A DNA stretch of 64,000 bases from an uncultured Candidatus Saccharibacteria bacterium (lineage in GTDB: Bacteria; Patescibacteriota; Minisyncoccia; UBA6257; 2-01-FULL-56-20). Positions 27,837-37,647 of the stretch are shown here, piece after piece; the first letter of the stretch is position 1, and each line of letters begins with the position of its first letter. Below the pieces are notes generated by a model. It had not been told where the DNA came from. It made no database searches and worked only from the letters and a program-made list of their open reading frames with translations. The position numbers were made by a program, and so were the translations under genes. The stretch lies in contig CAYIOP010000001.1 in assembly GCA_964365185.1 (NCBI GenBank), forward strand, positions 34,675-98,674. Reading direction: 5' to 3'.

Positions 27837-29504
27837 TTAGATAACTTTTTGTTGGTAGCAACTTTCGCAAAAAATAATTTCGGGTTGGTCAGGAGCGAAA
27901 TTTGTTTTAATTGGTTTTTGACAGTTCGCGCAATTGCGATCAAATATTTTAATTGGTCCTCTTCTATTTATCCTAGCTTGGTGGCGACAGTAAAAGCAAT
28001 GCCGCGGGAGAGGTATGGACATGAGTTTATAAAACTGGAATTCAGCTTGAATGATTTTGTAGTTTCGTTTACAAGAAACGCAGGCGAGAATTTCGTCTAT
28101 AATTTTTTCTGAAATTTCGCTAATATCATCTGGAATCTTTTCTGATTTCAGAGTTTCTTTTCCGGTTGTTATTTGAAGATTATCTTCCCAGCGATAACCT
28201 TGGGCAAGGGCTTCGTCTTTAGTGAGCGGCAAGTTGTCTTGCGCAATAGTTTCGTTATAGGCGAAGAGATTAAGAGCTGGTGGGAAGAAGAGTCCATAAT
28301 CCCCCGCCTGAATAAGTTCCTGCTTGATTGTGTTCGTAATTTGCCGATATTCTTTTTCGTCGTAGCGTTTATTTAGAATTGAAAATTTGGAGTTTTTTAT
28401 GCCATCGCAACCGAAACATTCTTGGCTATTACGCGTGGCGAAGCAATAAGCGACATCTTGAGCGTTTTCCACCCACCAAGAGCTGATGACTCTGGCGCTA
28501 TAACCAGTGGCAACTGCTTCCAACAACAATTCGGAGTTGCGGCCATGGCCGATAATGTCGTAGGTGTCTTTTGCTAATTTAACCGAGAAAGAGTAGTTGA
28601 CGTTTTCACAAAAGGCTAATTCAAATGAGGAGCGACAATTTTTTGATTCAAAAATGTAGTCGCCGGTTACAGCCACACTTTTTAGATTGTTGTTTTCGCG
28701 GCGTGGGAATTTAAGAGAAAATTCATCAAAGTTTTTCGCGAATTCTTTTATGGCGCTATAGCTGCCGATAATTGGTTCGACTTTCTTTTTCCACTCTTCT
28801 TTAGAGAGCGGTTCATTTAGAAAATGGTATTTTTTATGGCGAAGATTAACACAACCGAAGCAATTTTGAAGACCGACGCAATTTAAGAGAAATGAGGAAT
28901 CGAGGCATTCGGAAACATTTTGAGACCAAGAGACGCCTTTGCTGTTGTGAATATTTACTCCTTCGTAAATGTTTTCTGATTTATCAATATTGTAGCCGTC
29001 AAAGACATTGCGGCACTGGAGCATTCCGCGAGAATAGGCGCAGTTTTCATTATTGGGTCCGGAGTTGGCGACGAGATAGCAGTCCTTGTTGCCGCCAGCA
29101 AAGTTTTCATACGGACTGTTTACGCTTTTCATTACGTCGCTGCGGTAAAGTGCACATTTAGGAACTGAATGGGTTAATTCTTTGAATTGATCGAAAAAAG
29201 GCCGATTTGAATTATAAACTCGGCCGTAAGAAAAAGAATCCCATTTATCGCTATGCCAGCAATCGGGACAATATACCGTGAAAGTTGAGGAAGGGCTATA
29301 CATTGAAATAATCGGCTCATGGCAGAGATCACAGGAACGATTATATAAAACAAATTCGTTTCGAAATTGGGCCTTTCTTTTAAAGCGGCATTCAGGACAT
29401 AAAATAGGCGCCGGAACGCCCATTTTTTTATAGAAAGTGAAGTCGTCGGGTTCGATGGTGAACCCATTTTTGCAATTCTGACAAATTCTTGAATCTTGGA
29501 TCAT
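27837..29504 (-). CDS. Cys-rich multi-zinc-ribbon protein (tandem copy 1)
   Basis: CQNC...VPAPILCPECR; terminal CANC-x17-CESC. Confidence 0.9.
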   Translation of the reverse strand: MIQDSRICQNCKNGFTIEPDDFTFYKKMGVPAPILCPECRFKRKAQFRNEFVLYNRSCDLCHEPIISMYSPSSTFTVYCPDCWHSDKWDSFSYGRVYNSNRPFFDQFKELTHSVPKCALYRSDVMKSVNSPYENFAGGNKDCYLVANSGPNNENCAYSRGMLQCRNVFDGYNIDKSENIYEGVNIHNSKGVSWSQNVSECLDSSFLLNCVGLQNCFGCVNLRHKKYHFLNEPLSKEEWKKKVEPIIGSYSAIKEFAKNFDEFSLKFPRRENNNLKSVAVTGDYIFESKNCRSSFELAFCENVNYSFSVKLAKDTYDIIGHGRNSELLLEAVATGYSARVISSWWVENAQDVAYCFATRNSQECFGCDGIKNSKFSILNKRYDEKEYRQITNTIKQELIQAGDYGLFFPPALNLFAYNETIAQDNLPLTKDEALAQGYRWEDNLQITTGKETLKSEKIPDDISEISEKIIDEILACVSCKRNYKIIQAEFQFYKLMSIPLPRHCFYCRHQARINRRGPIKIFDRNCANCQKPIKTNFAPDQPEIIFCESCYQQKVI

Positions 29505-29520
29505 GAATCGTGAAGCGAGA

Positions 29521-29790
29521 TTAAAGGATTTGATAGAGGGTTTCTATGTTATCGGTTCGTGCATCGATGTAAAACTTTCCAAATTCCTGTCTTAGAACCA
29601 GTAAGGAATATCTTTGTTCGTTCCACTTTGGATCTTCGAGCGCGAAATCCAAAAGTTCAATCCCCCGTTCAAGGGCCTCCTTAAATAATTTATCGTTTTC
29701 TGTTTGCCAAGTTTTGGCTCGCATAATTTCAGAACCAATCATAAGGAGTTGCTGGCTCTTGGAAAAAATATTCCATCTCTTTTGGGTCAT
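29521..29790 (-). CDS. Small helical hypothetical protein paired with DUF5674-like gene
   Basis: 89 aa, QLLMIGSEIMRA...ALERGIELLD; start abuts the upstream stop. Confidence 0.8.
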   Translation of the reverse strand: MTQKRWNIFSKSQQLLMIGSEIMRAKTWQTENDKLFKEALERGIELLDFALEDPKWNEQRYSLLVLRQEFGKFYIDARTDNIETLYQIL

Positions 29791-30093
29791 TTAAAAAAGC
29801 AAATTTTCAACTACTTTTTTAACCTTTTCTTTGATAGCGGAGTCCTGAATTTCCATTGAGCGATTACCAATAGTCGGGCGAATATTAATCATTGAAACGT
29901 AATCAATGCGCTTTTCGAGTGGATAGATGTTTGAGCCCCATAGATTTTTGAAATTTGAGCCATCAGCTTGAAGTTCCTCGGCGCAGTCAATATGGAGTTC
30001 GCAGTTCATACTTAAAATTCTTTTTTCAATATCAACCACCACTTTTATAAATGAGATGTCTTTTGGTAAAATGGTTTTTTCGCGGACAATCAT
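29791..30093 (-). CDS. DUF5674-like protein
   Basis: IKVVVDIEK...ELHIDC...LWGSNIYP...SMINIRP...NRSMEIQD; start moved to MIVREK. Confidence 0.75.
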   Translation of the reverse strand: MIVREKTILPKDISFIKVVVDIEKRILSMNCELHIDCAEELQADGSNFKNLWGSNIYPLEKRIDYVSMINIRPTIGNRSMEIQDSAIKEKVKKVVENLLF

Positions 30094-30097
30094 GATT

Positions 30098-31564
30098 TTA
30101 AATAAGTGGTTCAGGTTCTTTGGTGGCTGGAGGATTTGGTTCTTCGGAGTCAGCGGTTCGGGGCTTACCTTCAATAATGGCTTTTTCCTGAGCGCTTCTA
30201 AAAATCGTGGCTTCTTCTTCAGTAATTAGTTTTTTAGCGGCGCCAGCTGGGATAGTGTATTTAGTCCTCGATAATTCCGTAATTTTTTCTTTAAATGTTT
30301 CATGAGTGGGAGGCAAAACCTTTAACGTTTCGGCCGAGAAAGGATCATAGGTTTCACCGTCAATGGTCATTTTGATATAGAATTCCTGCATACCAAGATT
30401 AATCATATCTTTGACTTTAAAAACCGGATCCATTTCGGGTTCGAGTTTGACTGCGTCTTCGCCGCCGACGCGGAAAATAATGATAGTGCCGGTATTGCCT
30501 AAAACAGCTGCCTGAACTCGGGGAATTAACTGAGCGGCGTATTGATGGGCGACAGTAAGGCATAAACCATATTTGCGGGCTTCAGAGAGAATGTTTTCAA
30601 AGGTTTCAGTGACTAAGTTATGAAACTCGTCAACGTAAAGATAGAAATCCGTTCGGGATTCTTCGGGCATGCCAGCTCGGGCCATTCCAGCTTGCTTGAT
30701 TTTAGTAATAAACATCGCACCCAAAAAACTTGAGTTTTCTTCGCCTAGTCGTCCTTTACAGAGATTAATAAAGAGAATTTTCTTTTTTCTCATTACTTCT
30801 TCTATATCAATTTTATTTTCTTTTTGACCAAAGATGTTTCGTAGTAATGGGTCGGAGAGAAATTGGCCAAGTTTATTTACTAGTGGAATAATAGCGTCGG
30901 TGTCGAATTTTTCCGACCAATCGGCGAATTCAATGGCCCAAAAACGTTTAACCATATCGTCTTCAATATATTCCACCACTTTCTGACGATAGTTGCGGTC
31001 GGTAAGCATTGAAATCATGCCGCGCATGGTGGCGTGAGGATAGTCGAGAAGAGCCAGACAAGTGAATCTGAAAACGTGTTCTAATCGCGGAGTCCAGTTG
31101 GCGCCAAATTGCTTTTCCATGACTTCAATTAAACCTTGAGTGAGTTGATGTTTGAAGGCCGGATCAACATTGGCTAAGGGATTAAATGAAACTGGATTAT
31201 CCAAATCGGTTGGGTCGATAATAACCACATCTTCAATTCTTTCCTTTGGGATGAATTTCAGGATTTCTTCGATTACATCTCCGTGCGGGTCCATAAGACA
31301 GAGGCCGTGGCCATACGCAACATCTTGTCGAATTAATAATTCCAAAAGTTTGGATTTGCCGACACCGCTTTTGCCGATAATATACATATGTCGGCGACGG
31401 TCTTTTCTTTTGATGCCAAAAATAAATTCCTTTTTTTCAAGCGCGGCCACATAGTTAGTGCGACCGATGAAGGAAATTTCCTTCGGGTCAATACGACCGT
31501 AGATTGGAAGCTCCGGTGGAGGCGGAGCGTATTTGATAATTTGAATTTTTCCGGCTTTACTCAT
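30098..31564 (-). CDS. TraD/VirD4/VirB4-like ATPase (second paralogue)
   Basis: GKSGVGKS, MDPHGD, LYVDEFHN, SEARKYG. Confidence 0.9.
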   Translation of the reverse strand: MSKAGKIQIIKYAPPPPELPIYGRIDPKEISFIGRTNYVAALEKKEFIFGIKRKDRRRHMYIIGKSGVGKSKLLELLIRQDVAYGHGLCLMDPHGDVIEEILKFIPKERIEDVVIIDPTDLDNPVSFNPLANVDPAFKHQLTQGLIEVMEKQFGANWTPRLEHVFRFTCLALLDYPHATMRGMISMLTDRNYRQKVVEYIEDDMVKRFWAIEFADWSEKFDTDAIIPLVNKLGQFLSDPLLRNIFGQKENKIDIEEVMRKKKILFINLCKGRLGEENSSFLGAMFITKIKQAGMARAGMPEESRTDFYLYVDEFHNLVTETFENILSEARKYGLCLTVAHQYAAQLIPRVQAAVLGNTGTIIIFRVGGEDAVKLEPEMDPVFKVKDMINLGMQEFYIKMTIDGETYDPFSAETLKVLPPTHETFKEKITELSRTKYTIPAGAAKKLITEEEATIFRSAQEKAIIEGKPRTADSEEPNPPATKEPEPLI

Positions 31565-31566
31565 AT

Positions 31567-32154
31567 TTATAAGTCGGCAGGGTTTATTAATTCTAGCTCT
31601 TTTAAAATAACTTCAAAATTATGAATGGTTTTTTTAACATCACTTGAGTCGATTTCAAAATTGGGATCGTCGACTATTCTATTGTGATATTCGTGGGCTT
31701 TCATGCCGGCGCGCCTGATCCAACCCAGTTCCTCGGACATAATTTGATTGATTTTATCGCCGGTGTTCTCGCCGCTAAAGCCAACGTTAGTTAGGGCTTG
31801 GCCCACAAATTTATCAGCTTCGATGATGGCCAATTTCATCTGATCTAGATTGCCTGAAAAAGCTTTTTCTCGAATTGAGCACCAGAAATTTAGCGCGGCT
31901 TTTTTTTCAGGAGTAAGTGGAGCAGGGGGTCGTTTTTTGATATTGATATGGGGCCTGAACATTCTGGCTTTATTTAAGAGAAATAAAAAGGTGACAAAGA
32001 GGCCAATGTCAACAGCAATCCAAAGAATTTTGAAATCAAAAGCTGGTTTTCTTGGCCAAGTAGAGAGGTTTAGATAAATGGGCCAAGCTAAGAGAGAAAG
32101 GCCGATAATAAAAACTAGACCGTGCAGAAATTTTAAAAGCTTTTCGAAATTCAT
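31567..32154 (-). CDS. Membrane-anchored hypothetical protein
   Basis: Two TM segments then KLAIIEADK...GENTGDKI...AHEYHNRIV helical domain. Confidence 0.8.
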   Translation of the reverse strand: MNFEKLLKFLHGLVFIIGLSLLAWPIYLNLSTWPRKPAFDFKILWIAVDIGLFVTFLFLLNKARMFRPHINIKKRPPAPLTPEKKAALNFWCSIREKAFSGNLDQMKLAIIEADKFVGQALTNVGFSGENTGDKINQIMSEELGWIRRAGMKAHEYHNRIVDDPNFEIDSSDVKKTIHNFEVILKELELINPADL

Positions 32155-32166
32155 AAATAATTTGAA

Positions 32167-33552
32167 TTATAAGAATTTTTCGATATTTTCTTCTTCGCCG
32201 AAAATAGCGAGTCCTGCTGGCGGACCGGCTTTTCGGCTCTCTACTCGTTTAATATGTGGCGCTGTGATGACAAAAGATTGAGGCGGATGAAAGAGGGTGG
32301 CTAGCGCCTCGATATTTAAAGTGATTTTCTTGGAGGCAAAATTAAAGTTTAAGGGATGGGCGGATAATAGTTTTGCCCAAAAAGTTTTTTGAGGTTGTTT
32401 CCAGTGTCTGTAATTATAGAGCAGGCGTTGTTTACGATAGCGATTTCTGACTTTATGAAAAAGAAACGGCCAGTTCCAGAAAGTGAGCCGAGTGGAAACC
32501 TTGGCATTTTGACGGAAAGAATTGAGGTCTAAGCTGCTGTATTGATTAAAAGAACCAACAATGCCGCGGCGCGCAAAACTGTCATAAAACATTAGCTTGG
32601 GTGAGAAGTAGATGAATCGAATGGTAGTTTTGAAAGCGGACTTTGAAGTATATTGCTCAACAGCTTTTAGAATGTCGGTTTCGCCGGGCGATCGGGTAAG
32701 TGATTTGGCGAATAATTCTAGTTCGTTGGATTTAGGCGTTTCAGTGGTGAAAGTCGGCAAGGGTCCGCCGCCGGGAAATTCCGCTTTATTGGCTGATTTT
32801 AAATTGGCAATGGCATCGCGTTTGTTTTGGGACTCTTTTAATTCAGAGATTAAATGATTCCAATGGTCTTTCCAGTCTGGCGTGGCGGCTTCAATTAGAA
32901 ATTGAATACCGACCATTTCTTGTTTTTTAACTTTTCCAAAGACCTCTAAAAAGGCGGAAATTGGGTCGTATTCTTTTTCTTCTTCCATGGATTCAAAATG
33001 CGGGTAGGTTTTAATTGGGTAGGCCTCTTCCCTGTTTAGAATCATTTCACTACCCCAAAGCTCATAGTTTTTGTCTAGCATATCTTCAATATTTTCAGGA
33101 AATCGGTTTAAATAATCATCAACTTCGGCTAGTTCAAGGTCTGGGTAGTAGGCGTAAAAAGCGGCTTCAACTAAACTTCGATATTTATAATAGAGCCGGA
33201 TATAAAGATGAATTTCACCGCCAAAACTGGCCATTTCCAGCGAAAACCAGCGAGTGACTTCGCCGTCTCGATAATACTCCTGCAGGTCATAAGGAGCGTT
33301 TCTTAGTCCGTGAAGGGCGGCTAAAATTTGTTCCATAGCTTGCGGATTTTTTTTGGTTTCTCGAGGAATCACGATTTCTAGAAGTATCCATTTGAGGTAT
33401 TTTTTGTAACTTTCATGTCGCCAAAAAAGTAGCGTCTTTTCGGCGATGTTAAATAAAATAACCGCTAACACAAATAAACCGACCAGCGTGGCAATTTCTT
33501 GAAACAACGGCGAAGAAAAATTTGTAAGTTCAGCCGTTAAGTCCGCTCCCAT
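32167..33552 (-). CDS. Hypothetical protein associated with the ATPase operon
   Basis: N-terminal TM, LLEIVIPRE, AMEQI, WFSLEM, YPIKTY, LATLFHPP. Confidence 0.85.
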   Translation of the reverse strand: MGADLTAELTNFSSPLFQEIATLVGLFVLAVILFNIAEKTLLFWRHESYKKYLKWILLEIVIPRETKKNPQAMEQILAALHGLRNAPYDLQEYYRDGEVTRWFSLEMASFGGEIHLYIRLYYKYRSLVEAAFYAYYPDLELAEVDDYLNRFPENIEDMLDKNYELWGSEMILNREEAYPIKTYPHFESMEEEKEYDPISAFLEVFGKVKKQEMVGIQFLIEAATPDWKDHWNHLISELKESQNKRDAIANLKSANKAEFPGGGPLPTFTTETPKSNELELFAKSLTRSPGETDILKAVEQYTSKSAFKTTIRFIYFSPKLMFYDSFARRGIVGSFNQYSSLDLNSFRQNAKVSTRLTFWNWPFLFHKVRNRYRKQRLLYNYRHWKQPQKTFWAKLLSAHPLNFNFASKKITLNIEALATLFHPPQSFVITAPHIKRVESRKAGPPAGLAIFGEEENIEKFL

Positions 33553-33599
33553 ATATTTAATTATAAACTGACTACTGTTTTGACGCTAGTATTTCGATA

Positions 33600-34628
33600 T
33601 TAGTCCTGTCGAATTCGGTAGGCGCCGTTTTCGAGTCGTTCAAAAAACTTACGATTTTGAAGATTAACAAGAATTGTGTTGGGCTTGACGATTTTTTCTT
33701 TGGCAATAGCCAAGGAAATTTCTTTAGTTTTCATTGGGCCGCTTTGCTGTAAAATTCTTTGAATCACCTCTTGAACTGTTCCTGGACGATAGCCTTGTTC
33801 GCTTAGTCCATAGATGCCTCGGCCGACCAAAACAAAACGTTGGTCTTTAATGAGCTCGTTATGAACCGTTGGCGAAAGCGCGGTTCGGCTATCAAATTTA
33901 ATCTTGTTGATTTCGGCGGCAATTTCATTGAAGTGCAAGGGTTTCCCTATTTTTTTTAGAACTAGATAAATTTTATCCTTAATGTTAACCGGTTTGATTT
34001 CAGGCCACTCAAGCAACCCAACATCACCTAAGGGGTTAGTGTGAATTTTTTTAGAAACCGCAATATAATTTTTTGCGTAGTTTTCGTTCAATTTCTGCTC
34101 TTTAATGAATTCTTTCTGAAATTGAGTGTAGTTGCCAGCTAAAACCGGATCTTTATTGGAGCGCATAAATTTTACTAATTGCGCTGTCATTTTTTGAAGC
34201 TCGACTAATTTTTCTTTATTAGAATAATAAAAAGACCAGAAATTTTTATCTTCGGGGTAGAAATTAAAAGCTCGGGTAGTATCTAAAAGCAAGGCCAGAT
34301 GATTGCGGTTAATGTCCGGAAAATTTTGATTGAGTTCGCCAATCATGCCCATTTCTTTAACTACTCCGCCTGCGGCCTGAAGATGTTTTTGGGCTTTAGC
34401 TAAAATAGCTTGGCATTCTGGATTGGATTTGATTTTTTCCTTAAGAATACCCAGCCCAACGTTTTCGATTTGCCGAATCCTCTCGCGCGTAAGATCGTAT
34501 TTTTTGCCAATGGCGGCTAGGGTTTGAGGTTTTTGGTTTTCAATGCCAAAGCGGCCCACGATGATTTCCTTTTGGCGAGGGTTTAGATGTTCCAGTAACG
34601 GATCAATGGCTTTTCTGATTTTTGTCAT
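33600..34628 (-). CDS. Sigma70 region-4-like HTH fused to HARE-HTH (RNAP delta-like) domains
   Basis: TLAAIGKKYDLTRERIRQIE; PLHFNEIA...TVHNELIKDQRFVLVGRGIYGL. Confidence 0.85.
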   Translation of the reverse strand: MTKIRKAIDPLLEHLNPRQKEIIVGRFGIENQKPQTLAAIGKKYDLTRERIRQIENVGLGILKEKIKSNPECQAILAKAQKHLQAAGGVVKEMGMIGELNQNFPDINRNHLALLLDTTRAFNFYPEDKNFWSFYYSNKEKLVELQKMTAQLVKFMRSNKDPVLAGNYTQFQKEFIKEQKLNENYAKNYIAVSKKIHTNPLGDVGLLEWPEIKPVNIKDKIYLVLKKIGKPLHFNEIAAEINKIKFDSRTALSPTVHNELIKDQRFVLVGRGIYGLSEQGYRPGTVQEVIQRILQQSGPMKTKEISLAIAKEKIVKPNTILVNLQNRKFFERLENGAYRIRQD

Positions 34629-34715
34629 AGTTTAGAATTCATTATATCATATAGAATTTATTAGTCAACTGTGGACAAGTCCCTCGCTTTTTAGTCAAAG
34701 AATGAGGGATGAAGA

Positions 34716-35630
34716 TCAGGGATTAGCTTTCGACTTTTGGGTGAAGTTGTGCCAAATATATAGAAGCGGGCTGGCGACAAAGATTGAAGAATAAACTCCG
34801 GTTGAGACGCCGACTAGAAGAGTCAGAATAAAATATTTGAGGGTAATGGGGCCGGCTATATAAAGCGCGAGTAAAACTAAGATTAGAGTTAAAGAAGTAT
34901 TGATTGATCGGGCGATGGTTTGATTGATACTCTTACCGATAATTTCTTTAAATTCTACTTTGCCGTGTGAGATGCTAAGATTTTCTCGAATGCGGTCGAA
35001 AACAACAATGGTGTCATGGACCGAGAAGCCCATAATCACCAAAAGGGCTACAATAAAATTGCCGTCGATTTCAACTCCGGCGGTTTTGCCGAGGATGGCA
35101 ATTAACCCGGCGGGGAGGGCGATGTCATGAAATAAAGTGACCATGGTTACAGCGCCGTATTTCCAGGAGCTAATGGGTTTAGAAACTTTTCTGAAGGCAA
35201 ATGAAATATAGAGCGAGACAATAATCAGCGATAGAATAATCGCGGTAATTGAATTCTTCCTTAGTTTTTGTCCGATGGATGGACCAATGGATTGAAAACT
35301 TAATTCTTCAAAAGAAGGATATTTTTGAATAAGGGATGATTGAATTTGTTGGTGGTCATTTTCGGTTAGGGGTTGGGTGCGTAGAATAAAATTTTTGGAG
35401 GTTAAACTGTAATTTAAGTGGAACTCCCCTACTTCTTCAAATTTTGCTTGGAAAAAGGTTTGCAGTTCTTCTGAGGTGGGAGCTTGTTCTTTAATTTCAA
35501 ATTGCCAGAGTGTGCCGCCTTTGAAATCTACAGATTCTTTGAGGCCGAAAAAAATAATACTTAAAATCGCCGCTAGGATTAAGAGGGATGAAATTACTAA
35601 ATATATTTTTCGGTGATTGATGATGTTCAT
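34716..35630 (-). CDS. secF: Protein translocase subunit SecF
   Basis: DFKGG, IGPSIG, GFSVHDTIVVFDRIRE, RSINTS, YSSIFVA; start moved to MNIINH. Confidence 0.95.
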   Translation of the reverse strand: MNIINHRKIYLVISSLLILAAILSIIFFGLKESVDFKGGTLWQFEIKEQAPTSEELQTFFQAKFEEVGEFHLNYSLTSKNFILRTQPLTENDHQQIQSSLIQKYPSFEELSFQSIGPSIGQKLRKNSITAIILSLIIVSLYISFAFRKVSKPISSWKYGAVTMVTLFHDIALPAGLIAILGKTAGVEIDGNFIVALLVIMGFSVHDTIVVFDRIRENLSISHGKVEFKEIIGKSINQTIARSINTSLTLILVLLALYIAGPITLKYFILTLLVGVSTGVYSSIFVASPLLYIWHNFTQKSKANP

Positions 35631-35656
35631 GGAGATTAGGTGATAGGTTTTAGGTT

Positions 35657-36913
35657 TTAGGTGGCAGGTGTTTGGGGTTTTGGGGCTGCCTGTTTTTTGG
35701 CTAGCACTTTTAAAAGCAGGCGGGTGGTGGTGATGGCAGAGAACATACTGATTAAAACTCCAATTAGAAGGGTGATAGCAAAGCCGCGAATAAAGCTTGA
35801 GGTTAAGAAATAAAGAATTAAAGCGGTGATGATGGTGGAGATATTTGAGTCGCGGATTGAAGGCCATGCGCGCCTGAAACCTTCTTCCATGGCGTTTATC
35901 CAAGAGAGACCCCTTTTAGTTTCTTCTTTAATGCGTTCAAAAATAAGAATATTGGCGTCGACGGCCATGCCGATGGTGAGGATAAAACCAGCCAATCCCG
36001 CGAGGGTCATGGTAATAGAGAAAAGTTTGAAAACGCCTAAAGTTAAGGCGATATATATAAGTAGGGCTAGGACGGCGAAAATACCAAGATAGCGATAATA
36101 GAGAACCATAAAAATCATCACCAAAAGCGCTCCAATTAATCCGGCAACTAGGGCTCGATGAAGTGAGTCCGCGCCAAGTGTGGGACTGATAGTTTGTTGA
36201 TTGATTAAGGTGATAGGCGCGGGCAGAGCGCCGGCATTAAATCGTTCGACTAACTGTTTAGCTTCGGCAAGAGTAAATTTTCCGCTAATCACGGCTTTAC
36301 CGCCAGTAATTTTTTCTTGAACCACGGGCGCCTCAATTAAAACATTGTCTAGAAAAATAGCGATGGGTTTGCCGATATTAGCTTCGGTTAATCTTTCAAA
36401 AATTCCTCCGCCTTCTTCGTTAAATTCAATCGCGACTTCGGGTTGGCCGGTGGTGGGATCAAAATTTAGTTGGGCGCTTTTAACGTAGCGGCCGTTTAGA
36501 TTAGTCATAATAAAACTAGTGGTGCTGGCGTTTTGTTCCACTTCGCGGAAATCAAGAAAGGGGGTGGTGCCGATTTGAGCAATGGCCTCGTTGATATTTT
36601 TAACACCAGCCAGCTCGACAATTAAATTATTACTGTCAGCTGTTTTAGATATAAAAACCTGGGGTTCACTCACGCCAAAGAGGTTAACTCGGCGCTCAAT
36701 AACGTCTCTTAAGCCGTTTAGAACCGAATCTTGGTCTGAAGTAGGGACTTGGGAGAGATCAATTTGATAAATTAAGTAGCTGCCACCAACTAAATCTAGC
36801 CCAAGGCGCCAGGGTTGTTTTTTAAGGCCAAAACCAGCCGGGTAAATAAAAACCGCGGCGAGGATGGTGATAATGATGATTAAAAATAAAAAGAGACCGG
36901 GGTGATGTTTCAT
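35657..36913 (-). CDS. secD: Protein translocase subunit SecD
   Basis: LGLDLVGG, RRVNLFGVSEP, AGALP, IGMAVDANILIFERIKEE. Confidence 0.96.
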   Translation of the reverse strand: MKHHPGLFLFLIIIITILAAVFIYPAGFGLKKQPWRLGLDLVGGSYLIYQIDLSQVPTSDQDSVLNGLRDVIERRVNLFGVSEPQVFISKTADSNNLIVELAGVKNINEAIAQIGTTPFLDFREVEQNASTTSFIMTNLNGRYVKSAQLNFDPTTGQPEVAIEFNEEGGGIFERLTEANIGKPIAIFLDNVLIEAPVVQEKITGGKAVISGKFTLAEAKQLVERFNAGALPAPITLINQQTISPTLGADSLHRALVAGLIGALLVMIFMVLYYRYLGIFAVLALLIYIALTLGVFKLFSITMTLAGLAGFILTIGMAVDANILIFERIKEETKRGLSWINAMEEGFRRAWPSIRDSNISTIITALILYFLTSSFIRGFAITLLIGVLISMFSAITTTRLLLKVLAKKQAAPKPQTPAT

Positions 36914-37022
36914 TGAGATTAGGTTTAAGGTGGCAGGTTATGGGTGATAGGTTGCTACGAAAGTTGGAATTTATTAACGATACGATTATAAAGGAAGGCG
37001 CTTAAATTGTAAACTCCTCTGA

Positions 37023-37093
37023 ATAAGAGTTTTGTGAGTAATTTTTTTCTAGAGAGAAAGGTCTAAGTTAGAAAATTATTTATAAAACTTGAT
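37023..37093. repeat. Diverged copy of the 3645-3716 hairpin element
   Basis: AGTTTTGTGAGTAATTTT...AAAATTATTTATAAAACT; pairing kept through G-T on the + strand. Confidence 0.65.
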
Positions 37094-37140
37094 CGTTTTA
37101 TTTTTCGAATAGTGCCATTTTTATTTGAGTGGAATGAAAT

Positions 37141-37173
37141 AAAAAAACGGGATGTAAATTTCTTTACATCCCG
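37141..37173 (-). terminator. Intrinsic terminator
   Basis: CGGGATGTAAA..TTTACATCCCG plus a T7 run on the minus strand. Confidence 0.8.
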
Positions 37174-37207
37174 CAATATAATGAATGTGGTTTGTCGTCC
37201 GTGGGCG

Positions 37208-37507
37208 TTAGTTCTTTCGGATGATCCAGCCGCTGTGTTTTAAGTTTAAACCAGTGCATGTTCTCCCAAAATCCAGAAAGGACTCACGCTTTTTTACGCG
37301 CATTATTATACCTTTGACGGCCGCGTACTTTGTTTCAACTGCGCCGATGTATTGTGCGTAACATTCATCCTCTTTCTTATCAGAGTAAGACAAGTAATAT
37401 GGATCGATATGCGTGATACTTTTGAGTCGAGGTTTTACTTTGAATATCTTCATCATCGCAGCCAAAACTTTTTTCATTTTTGTTCTGATTAAGCCTCCGT
37501 GTATCAT
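37208..37507 (-). CDS. Orphan hypothetical protein
   Basis: GAAGGAGG Shine-Dalgarno site and own terminator. Confidence 0.7.
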   Translation of the reverse strand: MIHGGLIRTKMKKVLAAMMKIFKVKPRLKSITHIDPYYLSYSDKKEDECYAQYIGAVETKYAAVKGIIMRVKKRESFLDFGRTCTGLNLKHSGWIIRKN

Positions 37508-37607
37508 TTATTCCTCCTTCGGTGATATTTTGATTTCAAGATTTTAACTAATTACAATATATAAAATCGGGCAATATAGTCAATAGCCCTGCTTTAAAGA
37601 GCAATGT

Positions 37608-37647
37608 GCCTCCGCGCCACTATGACATGTCATAGTGGCGCGGAGGC
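37608..37647. repeat. 40-bp perfect GC-rich palindrome
   Basis: GCCTCCGCGCCACTATGACA|TGTCATAGTGGCGCGGAGGC. Confidence 0.9.

Noticed and set aside
22501-29504. Diversity-generating retroelement acting on the Cys-rich genes
   Set aside because: No reverse transcriptase and no near-identical template/variable repeat pair differing at adenines
1102-33552. Conjugative element or ICE suggested by two TraD/VirB4-like ATPases
   Set aside because: No relaxase, integrase or mating-pair genes; both ATPases sit among housekeeping genes
35631-35903. N-terminal extension of SecF in the ORF track (His-rich)
   Set aside because: It is an alternative frame over the secD 3' end and a heptamer tract; SecF similarity starts at 35630
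3645-37093. Integron attC sites for the hairpin elements
   Set aside because: They lack RYYYAAC/GTTRRRY ends, are not arrayed with cassettes, and no integron integrase is present
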